64,000 bases of DNA, from NCBI RefSeq assembly GCF_963921235.1, contig NC_086108.1, positions 54,686,001-54,750,000 of the forward strand, in the 5' to 3' direction. The notes beneath the pieces are model-generated. The model did no database searches. It saw only the letters and a program-made list of their open reading frames with translations, and was not told where the DNA came from. A program made the position numbers and the translations under genes. Below are positions 38,370 through 50,315 of this stretch, in pieces (within the stretch, counting starts at the first letter, position 1; the number at the start of each line of letters is the position of its first letter). The DNA is from Mobula hypostoma (lineage: Eukaryota).

Positions 38370-39795
38370 CATTGGTGCAGCTTCCTACACCAATGCAGAG
38401 CTTGTCGACTTCAACTTTGCCTCCATCTTCCATCCCGCCCTCAAATTTACCTGCTTCATTTCTGCCACCTCCCTCCCCTTTCTCAGTCCCACTGCCTCTA
38501 CTTCTGGAGACAGCTTATCTACCAATGTCTTTTATAAACTCCGTTATTTTCACAGCTACCTGGACTACACCTCTTTCCACCCTGTTACTTGTAAAAATGT
38601 TATCTCCCTCTTTCAATTCCTCCGTCTCCACTGCATCGGCTCTCAGGATGAGGCCTTTCATTCCAGAACTAAGGAGATGTCCTCCTCCTTCAAAAGAAGA
38701 AGGTTCTCGTCCTCCACAATCAACACTGCCCTCAACCACATCTCTTCCATTTCGTGCATCCTTATGCCACCCTACCAGGGATAGAGTTCCCTTTGTCCTC
38801 ACAAGCCTCTGCGGCAAGCACATAATTCTCCGTAATTTCTACCATCTTCAGTGGGATTCCACCACCTTTCCTTTCCCCCAGGTTTTGCTTTCTACAGGGA
38901 TTACTCCCTATGCAACTCCCTTGTCTATTCGTCTCTCCCCATTGATCTCCCTCCTAGCACTTATCCTTGCAAGCTGAACAAGTGCTACACCTGCCCCTAC
39001 ACCTCCTCCCTCACTGCCATTCAGGACCCCAAATATGCCTTCCAAGTGAGGCGACGCTTCACCAGAGAGTCTGTTGGGGTCGTGTACTCTATCCGATGCT
39101 CCTGGTGCAACTTCCTGTATATCGGTGAGACATGATGTAGATTGGGAGACCACTTCGCCAAGCACTTCCGCTCCTTCTGCCTGAAAAAGTGGGATTTCCC
39201 AATGGCCACCCATTTTAATTCCACTTCCCATTCCCATTCTGACATGTCAGTCCATGGCGTCCTCTACTGTCGTGATGAGGCCACACTCAGGTTGGAGGAA
39301 CAACACTTTGTATTCCGTCTGGGTAGACTCCACTCTGATGGCATGAACGCAGAATTCTCGAACTTCTGGTAATTGCCTACCACTTCTTCTTCACTATTCC
39401 CTGTTCCCATTTCCCCCTCTCTCCTTACCTGCCCATCATCTCCCTCTGGTGCTTCTACATCTTCAATTTCTTCCATAGCCTTCTGTCCTCTCCTATTACA
39501 CTTCTCTTTCTCCAGCCCTTTATCTGTTTCACCAATCGACTTGCCAGCTCATTACTCACCCCTCTTTCCTCTCGGTTTCACTTGTCACCTGCTGCTACCT
39601 TGTATTTCTTCCTCCCCTCCCCCTACCTTCTTACTCTGACTTCTCATCTTTTTTCTCCAGTCTTGATGAAGAAGCTTGGCCTGAAACATTGATTGTTTAC
39701 TGTTTTCCACAGATGCTGCCTAGCCTGCTGAGTTCCTCCAGCATTTTGTTTGTGTTGCTTGGATTTCCAGCATCTGCAGCTTTTCTGTTGTTTGA
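38370..39795 (+). mobile_element. Penelope-like element (RT C-terminus, GIY-YIG, pLTR)
   Basis: DDCIGAASY..FHPALKFT RT remnant, SVGVVYSIRCSWCNFLYIGET and LRLEEQHFVFRLG. Confidence 0.85.
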
Positions 39796-41629
39796 GGTAA
39801 AACCAATTACAGCCACTGAAGCAATTGTAATTTAAGCTGCAGTGATGTTGGCCTGGCTTCGTTGGTAGTTCTCTTGGATTTAAAGTTAAGGATAGTTACG
39901 TAAACCACAGCTAAACACTTGAACACTAAGAATTATGTCTGTCCTTGTTGAAAGTCCCAGGCCCAAACACCTCTTCAAGCTTGGATGCCTTGTGGCCATT
40001 AAATGGTTTAAAAAAAAAGCTCAGTGACCTCAAATCATGTCTCCTTCCCCCTTTGCATATTTTCTTTCATTTCCACCTTCCCCATCACCTGGGCTCTCCT
40101 ATTACCTGCCAGCTTGCACCTCCCCCGCACCCTACCATTTTTTAATGTCTTCTGCCCTCTTCTGTTCTTGATGAAAAGTCTTGGCCCAAAACGTTGACAG
40201 TTTATTTCCCTCCATAGATGCTGCCTGACCTTTTGAGTTTCTCCATCATTTTGTGTGTGTTTGCTCAAGATTTCCAGCATCCGCAGAATCTCTTGTCTCT
40301 CAAGTCACATCCAGCTACCACAGCTACAGAACAGGGCACAATCTTGCAGTGGTGGCAAAATGAAGGATGAATTATGTCGAAGATGATGTGGGCAGACAGC
40401 GATATTTGGCCTATTCATTTTAATAGGACATCAATTCAAGAGAAAATGGCACTTAGGATTAACTTGTAATCATAATATAATTGCATGTGTAAAAGTTTGT
40501 TACACCAAAGTTTATTAATTTTGTGCAGCTGAGGAAGCAGGGCCAACTGTATGTGATTTTAAAAAAAAAAATAAAAGCAAACAGGAGATAACTTGTCTTT
40601 CAGCAGAACTCACAGAATTATAAAGTCCGTTTGTGGAATGTTTTTGGAGATAATGGATGGAGATTCAGGGCTGTCTCCATAACAACAGTAGTAGCTCCAG
40701 GGTCAGTCAGGGTCCTGGGTCAGAGCACAGATGGAACCAAGTACTGTAATGAGGCCCGGCTGAGAGGCCACCACATCCATCAGAAGAAGAGGAATTTACA
40801 TGAGTTGTTCATGATGTCTGAAGTAACTGACTATACACCTCTAACTGGTAGGTTTAATGATAACTAGACAGTTGAGGATTAGTTAAACTACTCAATGAAT
40901 GCTCAGAAAAGATTTTTCTATACTACTGATGCTTGTCCTCTGTGCAGCAGATGAATAAATACTTCTGTTTGATTTGAGTACAGACTTCTGTGAATAATTA
41001 TACTCAGCACACTTCACAAAACATAGATGGACCTTTTTTATTTGGGAATAGAGACAGCTGTAAATGAAGGACATGTGGTACTGTACCAGCTCCAAGACAG
41101 ACTTAATGCATATATTTTGGGTACCAGATTGTGAACCTAGAATAGCAAATCATAGTTTCTGTGCATAGAATTGTTATCAGAGCAGTGTTTGAACAAAAAG
41201 AATGAGTAATACAAATTAGACTTTCTGGATAATTGTGTAAAGTGATTGCATGTGACAATCATCACTGAAGCCAGATAACAGAAACATGCGGTACACAATG
41301 GGCCATTCCGACAACGCCAACCATGATGCCTATCTAAGAGTAGCGGGGTAATGACCCTAATACAGGCAAATGGCTAATCCTATTTGACAGTATTGGGGTC
41401 ACTATCCCTTTACCCTTTCCTATCAAGTATCTGTCCAATACCTTTTAAGTATTGTTATAGTACCTGCCCCCACTATCTCCTCGGGTAGCATGGTCCAAAT
41501 ATTCACTACCTGTTGTGTGGAAAGAATCACCCCTGAGATCTGTAAATATTTCCCTCTCACCTTAAACCTTTTCCCTCTAATTCTAGAGTCTCCTGACCTG
41601 GGAAAATGGTTCTGACTCTCCCATCTATG

Positions 41630-42415
41630 CAACCCCCTCCACTTTCCACAGGGATTACTCCCTCTGTGACTCCCTTGTCCATTCATCCTTCCCCACTAAT
41701 CTCCCTCCTGGCACTTCACCCTGCAAGCAGCCCAAGTGCCATACCTGCCCATACACCACCTCCCTCCTCTCTACTCAGGGCCCCAAACAGGTGAGGCAAC
41801 ACCTCTGCGAATCTGCTGGTGTCATCTGTCGTGTCCGGTGCTCCCGATGCGGCCTCTTCAACATTGGTGAGACCCGTCGTAAATCGGGCGACTGCTTCGT
41901 CGAGCACCTCCGCAAGCAGGACTTCCTGGTGGCCAAATGTTTTAATTTCGATTCTCATTCCCACACGTCGGTCCATGGCCCTCTCTTGTACCAAGATGGA
42001 GCCATCCGCAGGGTGAAGGAACAAAACCTTAAATTCTTTCTTGGTACCCTCCAGCCTGTTGGCATGAATATTGATTTCTCCTTCCAGTAAAGCAAATCCC
42101 CCTCCCCCTTTTTATTCCCCACTCTGACCTTGTACTTCTTCTCACCTGCCTATAGATTCCCCCTGGGTCCCCCCATCCTCCCCCTTCTCCTGTGGTCTAC
42201 ACTTCTCTCCTATCAGATTCCTTCCTCTCACCCACCTGGCTTCACTTATCACCTTTCAGCTAGCTTTTTTCCCCTCCCCCCAAACCTTTTTATTCTGGCA
42301 TCTTCCCCCTTCCTTCTCAGTCCTGAGGAAGGATCACAGCCCAAAGCATTGGCTGATTTATTTCCCTAGGTGCTGCCTGACCTGCTGAGATCTTCCAGCA
42401 TTTTGTTTGTGTTGC
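41630..42415 (+). mobile_element. Penelope-like fragment inserted in an antisense CR1 3' remnant (about 41280-42620)
   Basis: GVICRVRCSRCGLFNIGETRR in ORF 41791-42090. CR1 remnants on both sides. Confidence 0.8.
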
Positions 42416-45214
42416 CCATCTATGTCCTTCTGTAATTTCACAAGTCTCAAATGATTCATCCTTCAGCCTTCTACTTTCCAGTGAGGTTAAACCCACCGTA
42501 ACCAATTTCCTCCATTCCAGGAAACATCTTTTCTGCACTCCCTCTGTTGTTAATAATGTGATCCTCGTAATGTGGTGACCACAATTGTACACAGTATTCT
42601 TGGTGTAGCCTAACCAATTTCTGCCCGACTTTCCATCTGATTTAAGTCCTGCTGTTGCTTTGAAGTACCATGCTACAATGGTATTCTCTTTATCCACAAA
42701 GAGTTTCACAAACCTGAAAGGTTTGATAGATTTGCTCTGACAGTGTTTATTGAGCAGGATGCAGTGATACTGCTATACTATAGTTACTGGGTTGAGATCA
42801 GTATTTGCCTGGAAACAGCACTGTCGGTATCAAGTTGGACAGCAATCTTCTCATTGTTCACCATCCTGTTCAAATGCAACTGTTTGTGGCGTGAGCAGGG
42901 ATTTCATTGTTGGCATCAGAACTTTGAATGTTACGGAAGAGTGGAAGAATTTCTAAGAGGTATTTCTAAAAATGGACCCAAGACAGTTTAGTTTCAACTT
43001 TTGCACCATCATTTGGCATGAAATGCTGTTGTCTGCTTTCTTAAACTTGAGGTGCAAATTATTACATATCGGTTGGACTCTGCAATCAGAGATTTTTTAT
43101 TATATCATTTGTATTCATACAAATGGAAGCTAAAAGCATTGATACAAACTCTGGATTGCATGAGCTCCTAAATTTGTATTTGTGATTGGCATACCAAAGG
43201 ATAGGCATTTTTTTTCTGCTCCAGCACCTTTCGTGAAATTAATGATGCCCTAGATGGTCCTACCATGTTCTGGATATGGGGAGGCATGGTGACAATAACT
43301 CAAAAAGAGCAAGTTGTTTCAGTGATGTTGTTTGAAAGACAAATACTGATGAGAACTTTAGATGAGTTCTGTTGTTTTACCTTGGCTAGAAATAGGGCTC
43401 TTAGTATTAAGATATAGCGTTGTTAATGAAGGGCTATAAAGAGAAATCTCTTGAGTTTTCAGTTGAAAATCTTTGCTGTCTTTGTGTTCTGGATGCTTGA
43501 TTATCATGCATGTTCAAGGCTGAAATGTGTTTATGGATATTTTAGAGGAAACTAGGTACACCTGAGAGCAGGGAAGGAGGAATTGAGGTGGAAGATCAGC
43601 CTTGATATTAAATGGTGAGTCAACTGATCCATCCCTTTTACATTTTTAGGGCTTTTTTTCTCTTTGTTACTGTCGTATAGCTGAAAAGTTGAGAATCTGT
43701 TATTTTTCTGAAGTCAAAACTAATTCATTTTCATAATATTTTGCCCATTTTCATAATTTCAGTGGTCTGGAATATATTACTTTTGTGATCTCATGCTTTA
43801 TAGTGCTGCTTTCTAAAGACTTAAAATTTAAGCTTGTTTTGTTCTTCATAGTTTTCATTCTTGGTAATAGTGGGACATAGGTTGAGGAGGGTACATACAT
43901 ATATATCTCTGACATTTATTGTCCATCCCTAATTATCCTGTCAGTGCCAATGGAGTTAAAAGTGAACCATATAGGTTTGTCTGGGGTCGTATTTGGGCTA
44001 GGCAATATGAGTGAGGATGGCAGATTTCCTTCCTGAAGGTCATTATTGGACAAAATCAGATTTTTTTTACGAACAAGTGTAAAATTACCATTGTTGAGGG
44101 AAGATTTTTAAAATACTGTACTTTTGTTTAAGAAGAATATAAGATCCTCATCTGCATGGAAGTATTTCTGGAACAATAGTCCAAAAACAATTGCTGGTCC
44201 AGGATCTTAAATGCTACTGCACCGCACCAAGACTGAAAAATATCTGTAAAATCTGCTTTTTGATAATCTCATGGGATATTTTTCAAAGTTTATTATTGAT
44301 TAAAATTGTCATAAACTTGGTATTATGCACCAAACTATAGTTCTACAAATTGATTGATATAGGGAGCAAGAAAATATCATAGTTGTGATATGTTTATGAA
44401 GAGTGAAAAATTATTTTGAAGTGAAAATTTTTCTACGTGTTAGAAACTGATACGGCTAAGTGGGTAAATTCTTTGCGACATTAAAACTTAGTTACGTTAT
44501 AATTAATATTCAGGAAAAAAGTGAAGTGAAAGAAGTGTCAAATTACCCAATTCAAGTAGTGTACAGATAGTTGGGGCAATTTAATATTGCAAATTAGGAC
44601 ATTATGGATGCACTCATTTAGTCTGTATCTCAACTGATGTGTCGTCCCTCAATCATCCCTGTCACTGAATTCTCCCCATCTCCTCCTCCTATGACACCTT
44701 CCATGTCTTCTTGGAATCCCCTCCAGCTTTTAAAATCTCATCCATCTAAGAGTAAAAATAATTGTTTCCTCTTGAAGTTGAATGTGGTTGCCATTCATGT
44801 AAGAACAGGGAATATCTGCGGTCATTGGGCCAATTCCCTGAAGTTACAGCACATTCCTGTTAGTTAATTTGAAAGTACCATTTTTCACCTTATTCAGTTA
44901 ATATCACTCAATATTTGCACTGAAATAAAGTTAACCTAAGCACTGATGGTGAGATAAACCCAAATGCCTTCTCAAGTAGCCAGCAGGAACACATTAAAAA
45001 TAACATGATTTCAACCAAGTTCTTGTGTGCGATTGGTATACTGTGCAATATGCAGCTATCGAGTGACCCTATTTTCAATGTTGAAATGCCATAAAGCCAG
45101 AATTGAAATATATCACAGGCTTTTGTGCTCTCATGTTGTAGGATTATGTGTTTTTTCCTTTGAATCTTAATAATTTCGACAGTAAGGATCATAAAAATAA
45201 GGATCATTGCAATG

Positions 45215-45445
45215 AAAAATACACAAAATGCTGAAGAATCTCAGCAAGTCAGGCAGCATTTATGGAGCAGACTGAACAGTGGGCGTTTTGGGCTGAGATC
45301 ATTCATCAGGACTGGAAAGGAGGGGGGCAGAAACCAGAATAAGGGGAAATACAAGCTGGCAGGTTTTATGTAACCACCTGCCTGACTTGCTGAGTTCCTC
45401 CAGTATTTTGTGTGTGTTGTCAATATTTACAGAATGTGCAGAATC
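45215..45445. mobile_element. Fold-back made of two inverted Penelope pLTR tails (similar structure at 23955-24150)
   Basis: acacaaaatgctgaagaatctcagcaagtcaggcag pairs with ctgcctgacttgctgagttcctccagtattttgtgt. Confidence 0.7.
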
Positions 45446-46109
45446 TCTCTTAATGACTTGCAATGAGCAATGTTTTCATTGACTGCAACACAGTTTTGAG
45501 AATACAAATATTTTCTGTGAAAGAACAAATGTTGAGTAGAAAGAAATTTTCTTGGTGTGACTTGTGCCACACAGAAGAATCTGGTATGAAGAGAACGATA
45601 AAAGTGTCACTCTTTGCTCCCTACGGCCTCTCAGTTTGAAGTCCAAATTTAGAACGGGCTCCGAATTTCCTGCATTTCTCCAGGTGGCACAATGTGCCGG
45701 TGGGATTCTGGCCCCCTTTAGCAGGAATTGCAAGCACTGAGTTTGGGGGAAGAGTACGTTTGAGTTGCCAGTTGTTCGGTCATGGTAATAGCATAGAGCT
45801 CATCCTGAACTGATTCCATGTAATAGAAAATATGCCAACAACAACGACGCCTGTTCAAGTAGTGTCCACAGCACAGTCAAATTTCATGATACAGACTCCA
45901 CCAGTGGGTGAAATGTAGAGGGATGTATCACCTTCCAAACTACCTACTCACTCAACTACTTCCAGCCTACTAGTGGCAGAATCCATGGGTCCAGCATTAG
46001 CCTTACCTGCTACTTCAGACCCCACAAGTCTGAGGGAAAGCAAGTTATTTTGGCTCAGCCAGTCTGCTGAATGAGAAGATCTGCTGAGGCTACTGTATCT
46101 ATTAAATAT

Positions 46110-47210
46110 CAAACATTGATTTTCATCGAGAGAGGGGACGTTGAAATCTGGAGCAACAAACCGTCAGTTGGAGGAACTAGGTCCTGGTGCAGCATGCTGC
46201 TTAGTTCACCGAGTGGAGAGGGAAGATGGCCAACATAGAGGCAGGGTGGGGGTGAGATCAGCCAAGGGACTGTAGGTGATTGGACAAAGGCTGGATAAAG
46301 GATAATAGGCAGATGGAGCCAGGGAGGAGAGGGCAAGGAGTGGAGATGGGAGACAGGCGGGTGGGTGATAGATAGGGGCAGACACAAGGCTGGTGGAGCC
46401 AGATGGTGAAGGTGAAGTTAGCAGCTGGTGGATGCTAAGTGGAAAACAAAGGCTGTAATCAGATAAGTGAAGAAGATAATAATGGTAACAATTAAGCGAG
46501 AATTGAAGGAGGTGGAACTAAATAGGGGAAGTCAGGGGATCCATGTTTAAAACTGGTGGAAGCAACCAGGAGGGGGAAGGCGAGGAAAACTATAACCAGA
46601 CCAGAGGTGAACTTGAAGTGGGGAGGAATAAGTAAAACAGCAATGAAGGTCACCTCAAATTGGAAAACTTGGCGTTCGTGCCATTGGGTTGCACAGTACC
46701 CAGGCAGAATATGGAGTGTTGTTACTGTAGTTTGTGTTGAGCTCTACCTTGACAGTGCTGAAGGCCAAGGATACACAGGTCAGTGTTGCAAGGGGAATTG
46801 AAATGGCAGTCACCTGGGGACTCAGGATAGACATGGTGGAGAGAGTACAGGTGGTCTGCAAATTGATTGTCCAGTCTGTGCTTTGTTTGCAGAAGTAGAG
46901 GAAGCCACATTTGGAGCACAGAGTGCAGTATACAAGGATAGAGGAGATGCACGTGATCCATACCTCACCTGGAAGGGTGTTTGTGTCTCCGGATGGTGGT
47001 GAGTGAGGAGTAGGAGGAGGGGTAGGTAGAAGTGTTCTATCTTCTGCAGTTGCAGGGAGAAGTGCCATGAGTCAGGGAGTTTGGTTGAATGAACAGACAA
47101 GGGAGTCACAGAGTGGTTTTTATGGAAGATGGATAGGATTGTGGAGGAAATGATGTGGCCAGTGGTGAGATCTCGTTGCAGCTGCAGAAAAGATGAAGCA
47201 TTTGATTGAA
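46110..47210 (-). mobile_element. Old Penelope-like fragment
   Basis: LVYCTLCSKCGFLY remnant and a purine-rich tract (the family's pyrimidine tract reversed). Confidence 0.7.
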
Positions 47211-48138
47211 ATGTCATCAGTCAGCTCCACTTGTTACCATTATCTCCCAGTCTCTTCTCTTCCAAGGCTTTGACCAGTGTTTCCTCTGTTGCATTCCTCT
47301 ATTGTTAATGTCAAAAGGTGTCAGACATCTTTGTCCTGAATTTGTGTGTTCTGGTGTTTGATTACTTCACAATAGTGATCAATTCAGTTGCAAGTATTGT
47401 GCATATATCTTTGATAATTACTGAGAGATATGTGAACAATAACTATATTTAAATGCCTGAAGCCATTAAGCAAAGGGTAGAAAACAATCACAGAAGAATA
47501 TTACTCAAAAGATTGTTCAACCATGTTGACCATTATTGGCTCTTTGATAGAGTTACCAATTAATCTATCCCTCTCACTGGCTCTATAATTTTCTCTTTTC
47601 ACATAGATGTAATTTTTTTGTTGCTATTAGACATGCTTCTATAACATTTCCATGTAATTAGTTGTTGATTACAACAACTCATTGTTTTAAAAGTGTCCTT
47701 TTACCAGTCATAGAATCATAGATTCATGTAACTGCATCTATTACTGGAAGCAATGGTTGCATCACCTGTATTTTAGCCCTTTTGAAGATTTTTGTGAGCC
47801 TAAATCAAATATCATTGCCATTATTTTCTTCCATACTGAAATTCCTATAATGCAGTTTTTGTTGCTTGCCTCATGTGGGAAACCAATTGTAAAACCTTGA
47901 TGTATTCCCAATGTGCCCCTGCTGAAGTCTGACCAATGTCAAAAGGATTTAGCATAGCTTCCATCCTTCTGAATCCTCTTGCATTATTAATAAGCAGAGA
48001 ATTCTGTATAACTTGGCCTACGTCTTCCAAAGATTTGTTTGCAAACAGCTGCATGCCCATCTTTCTCTCTACCACCTTCAGATTTGCCCTGGTAGGTTCA
48101 CTTTGCCTCCTCCTAAATTTTTTAACCAAGATATGATG

Positions 48139-49006
48139 CAGGTTGAGTACCCCTTATCTGAAATGCTTCGGGCTGGAGGTCTTTTGAATTTTGGGTTTTG
48201 GAATATATAATGTGATAGCTTAGGATTGCCATTATTTCTGGGTCTGAATTTATCTGCTACCGGTAAGCAGTCTTTGTCTTACACTTGTTCATCATACCTA
48301 TGTACTTAACAGTAAAAATTATTGCATACCATTAATATAATGAAAATATAATGTGTACAGGGTAACAAAAGCAGCACAGCGGTATCAGGAGAGTAGCTGA
48401 ATTAGCTTTTGAACAAGAAACAACGACAGGCTTTCAGTCTCCACCTAAGATGCTGTGTTTTGATTAAAAGGTTACAGTACACTCAGCACTGTAGACTTGT
48501 TAGGGTGTTAGATTTTCATCAGTGACGATCTGGACAAACTCAATGAATTTTTCTGCTGCTTCATGATCAGTAGGTGCTTTATCTTTTAATTTAAAAAAAA
48601 ATTGAATCTGTGCCTTTTCTTAAATTCTGCAGCCAGCTGCTGAACACTTACAATTACCTTAAATTTTCAGTTTGTCGTGACAGATCATTGCTTGCTTCAT
48701 GATCAGTATACCATGGAGTGACATGTGTTCGCTCCGATGCAGAGGAATCCACTCTTTCAATACACAATCAAGATCTTCAGTTTTTGCTTTATGCAGTGTT
48801 TTTCAATTTTTCACTAACTTCTCTGCATACATATGTGAGATCACTTGTCAGAACTGTGTGTTGCACAGAGACCTGTGCATCCCCTGGGAGCATTCCCAGT
48901 GCCCTGTGGAACTTTCCATTTGTGATACCATGTCAGAGCTCAAAAAATGTTTCAGATTTTGGAGGTTTTCAGATTTTGGATTCTTGGATAAGGGATACTT
49001 AACCCA
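48139..49006 (-). mobile_element. Tigger/pogo-family DNA transposon deletion derivative (Tigger4/MER46-like)
   Basis: TIR CAGGTTGAGTACCCTTATC... and ...GGATAAGGGATACTTAACCCA-TA. Minus-strand CENP-B-type transposase remnants (WLQ.FKKRH, DHEAAEKFI, DENLTP.QVYSA). Confidence 0.85.
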
Positions 49007-50176
49007 TAATTCAGAGCTGCCTGTGTTGAATCACATCAGCCATGTCCTTTCCCAGCTGATGTCCTCCACAAGGTTAATAATATCACCTTAAATTTAGTAA
49101 TACATGGATAGAAGTTATTTGGTAATAGGGGAGAAGTTTCTTTCAGGAACTGTTATAGAAACCCCTTCAGACTGAAAAGCACTGCTTAATAATTAATAAT
49201 ATAGGTTTAAGTGCAGATCTATTGATGTTGCGCAGTTGGGAGGTCTTAATGGTGATTCCACTGCTCTCCAGGGTAGAGAATTCCAAAATTCATCACCCTA
49301 TCAAGTGAAGAAATTTATCCTTTTCTTAGTCCTAAATGCACACCCCTTATTCTCAAACTGTTTTCCCTGGTCCTTGTTTCCCCTGCTTGAAGAAGTCATT
49401 GTCCTTGTATCTAGGCTGTCAAGTTCTTTTAAGTTTCAATTAGATCTCCTCTCATTCTCTGCTTTCAGTAACTTCTGTGCAAGCACACCTCAGTCCTCTT
49501 GAACATTTAATTTCTCAGCTGACTAATACTCTTTTAAAGCTTTTTTTTGCATCCTCATCCATTCTCTTACAGGTATAGCAAACTGACTTGATTCTCTCTC
49601 TCTAGAGTAAATTTCTCTAATCTCATGAGATAAAATTTGGATTTTGCAGCTAGTTGCTTAAAATGCCCAATAATACAAAAGGTAGTAAATATCTTTCATT
49701 TTCATTTAAAACGAGCCTGTTGTCCTACTGCAAAATTTAATGTTATAGATTTAATTTAGAAAGGAATTTATAGGTCTAAATTTCAGAATTGTTAAATTTG
49801 ATTGTGTGGTAATTCATAGGGGTATATATAGATTCAATAATACTTTTCACTATTTTGATAGGAATAGCTATGTTATCATTAAAAAGCAATGCAACTGTTG
49901 ACTAGTTTGATAACTGAAGTATTTAAAAAGAACATATAACTAAGTCTTGAGGATATTATTTCTGTTGATTAACAACCCTGTATTTCTTGTTTTTTAAAGG
50001 CAAAGAATATCTTCTTCGTGTTTTCTCGGCCTTTTCAGTTTGCCCCAAGGAATTCCAATTTCTGAACTTTTTAGAGATACTGAAGTTACTGATTTTCTTT
50101 CAGTATCTTGAACTCGCCCTGAATTGCTGGAAATAGATTATTAAGATACATTATGGTCCATCTGGTGCTTTCTCAG

Positions 50177-50315
50177 GTACCTCTTCTCAAGATGTGGAAC
50201 CCACTTTTGGGAGTGGACTGCTCGATATGGTAAAAGGAGGAGCTGGAAGACTCTTCAGCAACTTAAAGGACAACCTGAAAGATACCTCCTCAAAGGTCAT
50301 ACAATCTGTAGCCAG
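50177..50315 (+). CDS. DNAJC6: Auxilin exon 2: (G)TSSQDVEPTFGSGLLDMVKGGAGRLFSNLKDNLKDTSSKVIQSVA(S)
   Basis: Acceptor ttctcAG|, donor |GTAAAT, 139 nt, phase 1 to phase 2. DMVKGGAGRLFSNLKDNLKD is the auxilin signature. Confidence 0.96.

Noticed and set aside
38258..38977. 239-aa Pro/Ser-rich ORF as a novel gene
   Set aside because: It is an off-frame reading of a pyrimidine-rich Penelope element. Most other short ORFs in the track are likewise repeat-derived or antisense shadows.
45676..45692. CTCF-like motif TCTCCAGGTGGCAC in intron 1
   Set aside because: It has two mismatches to the core, which could occur by chance in 64 kb, and there is no independent support.
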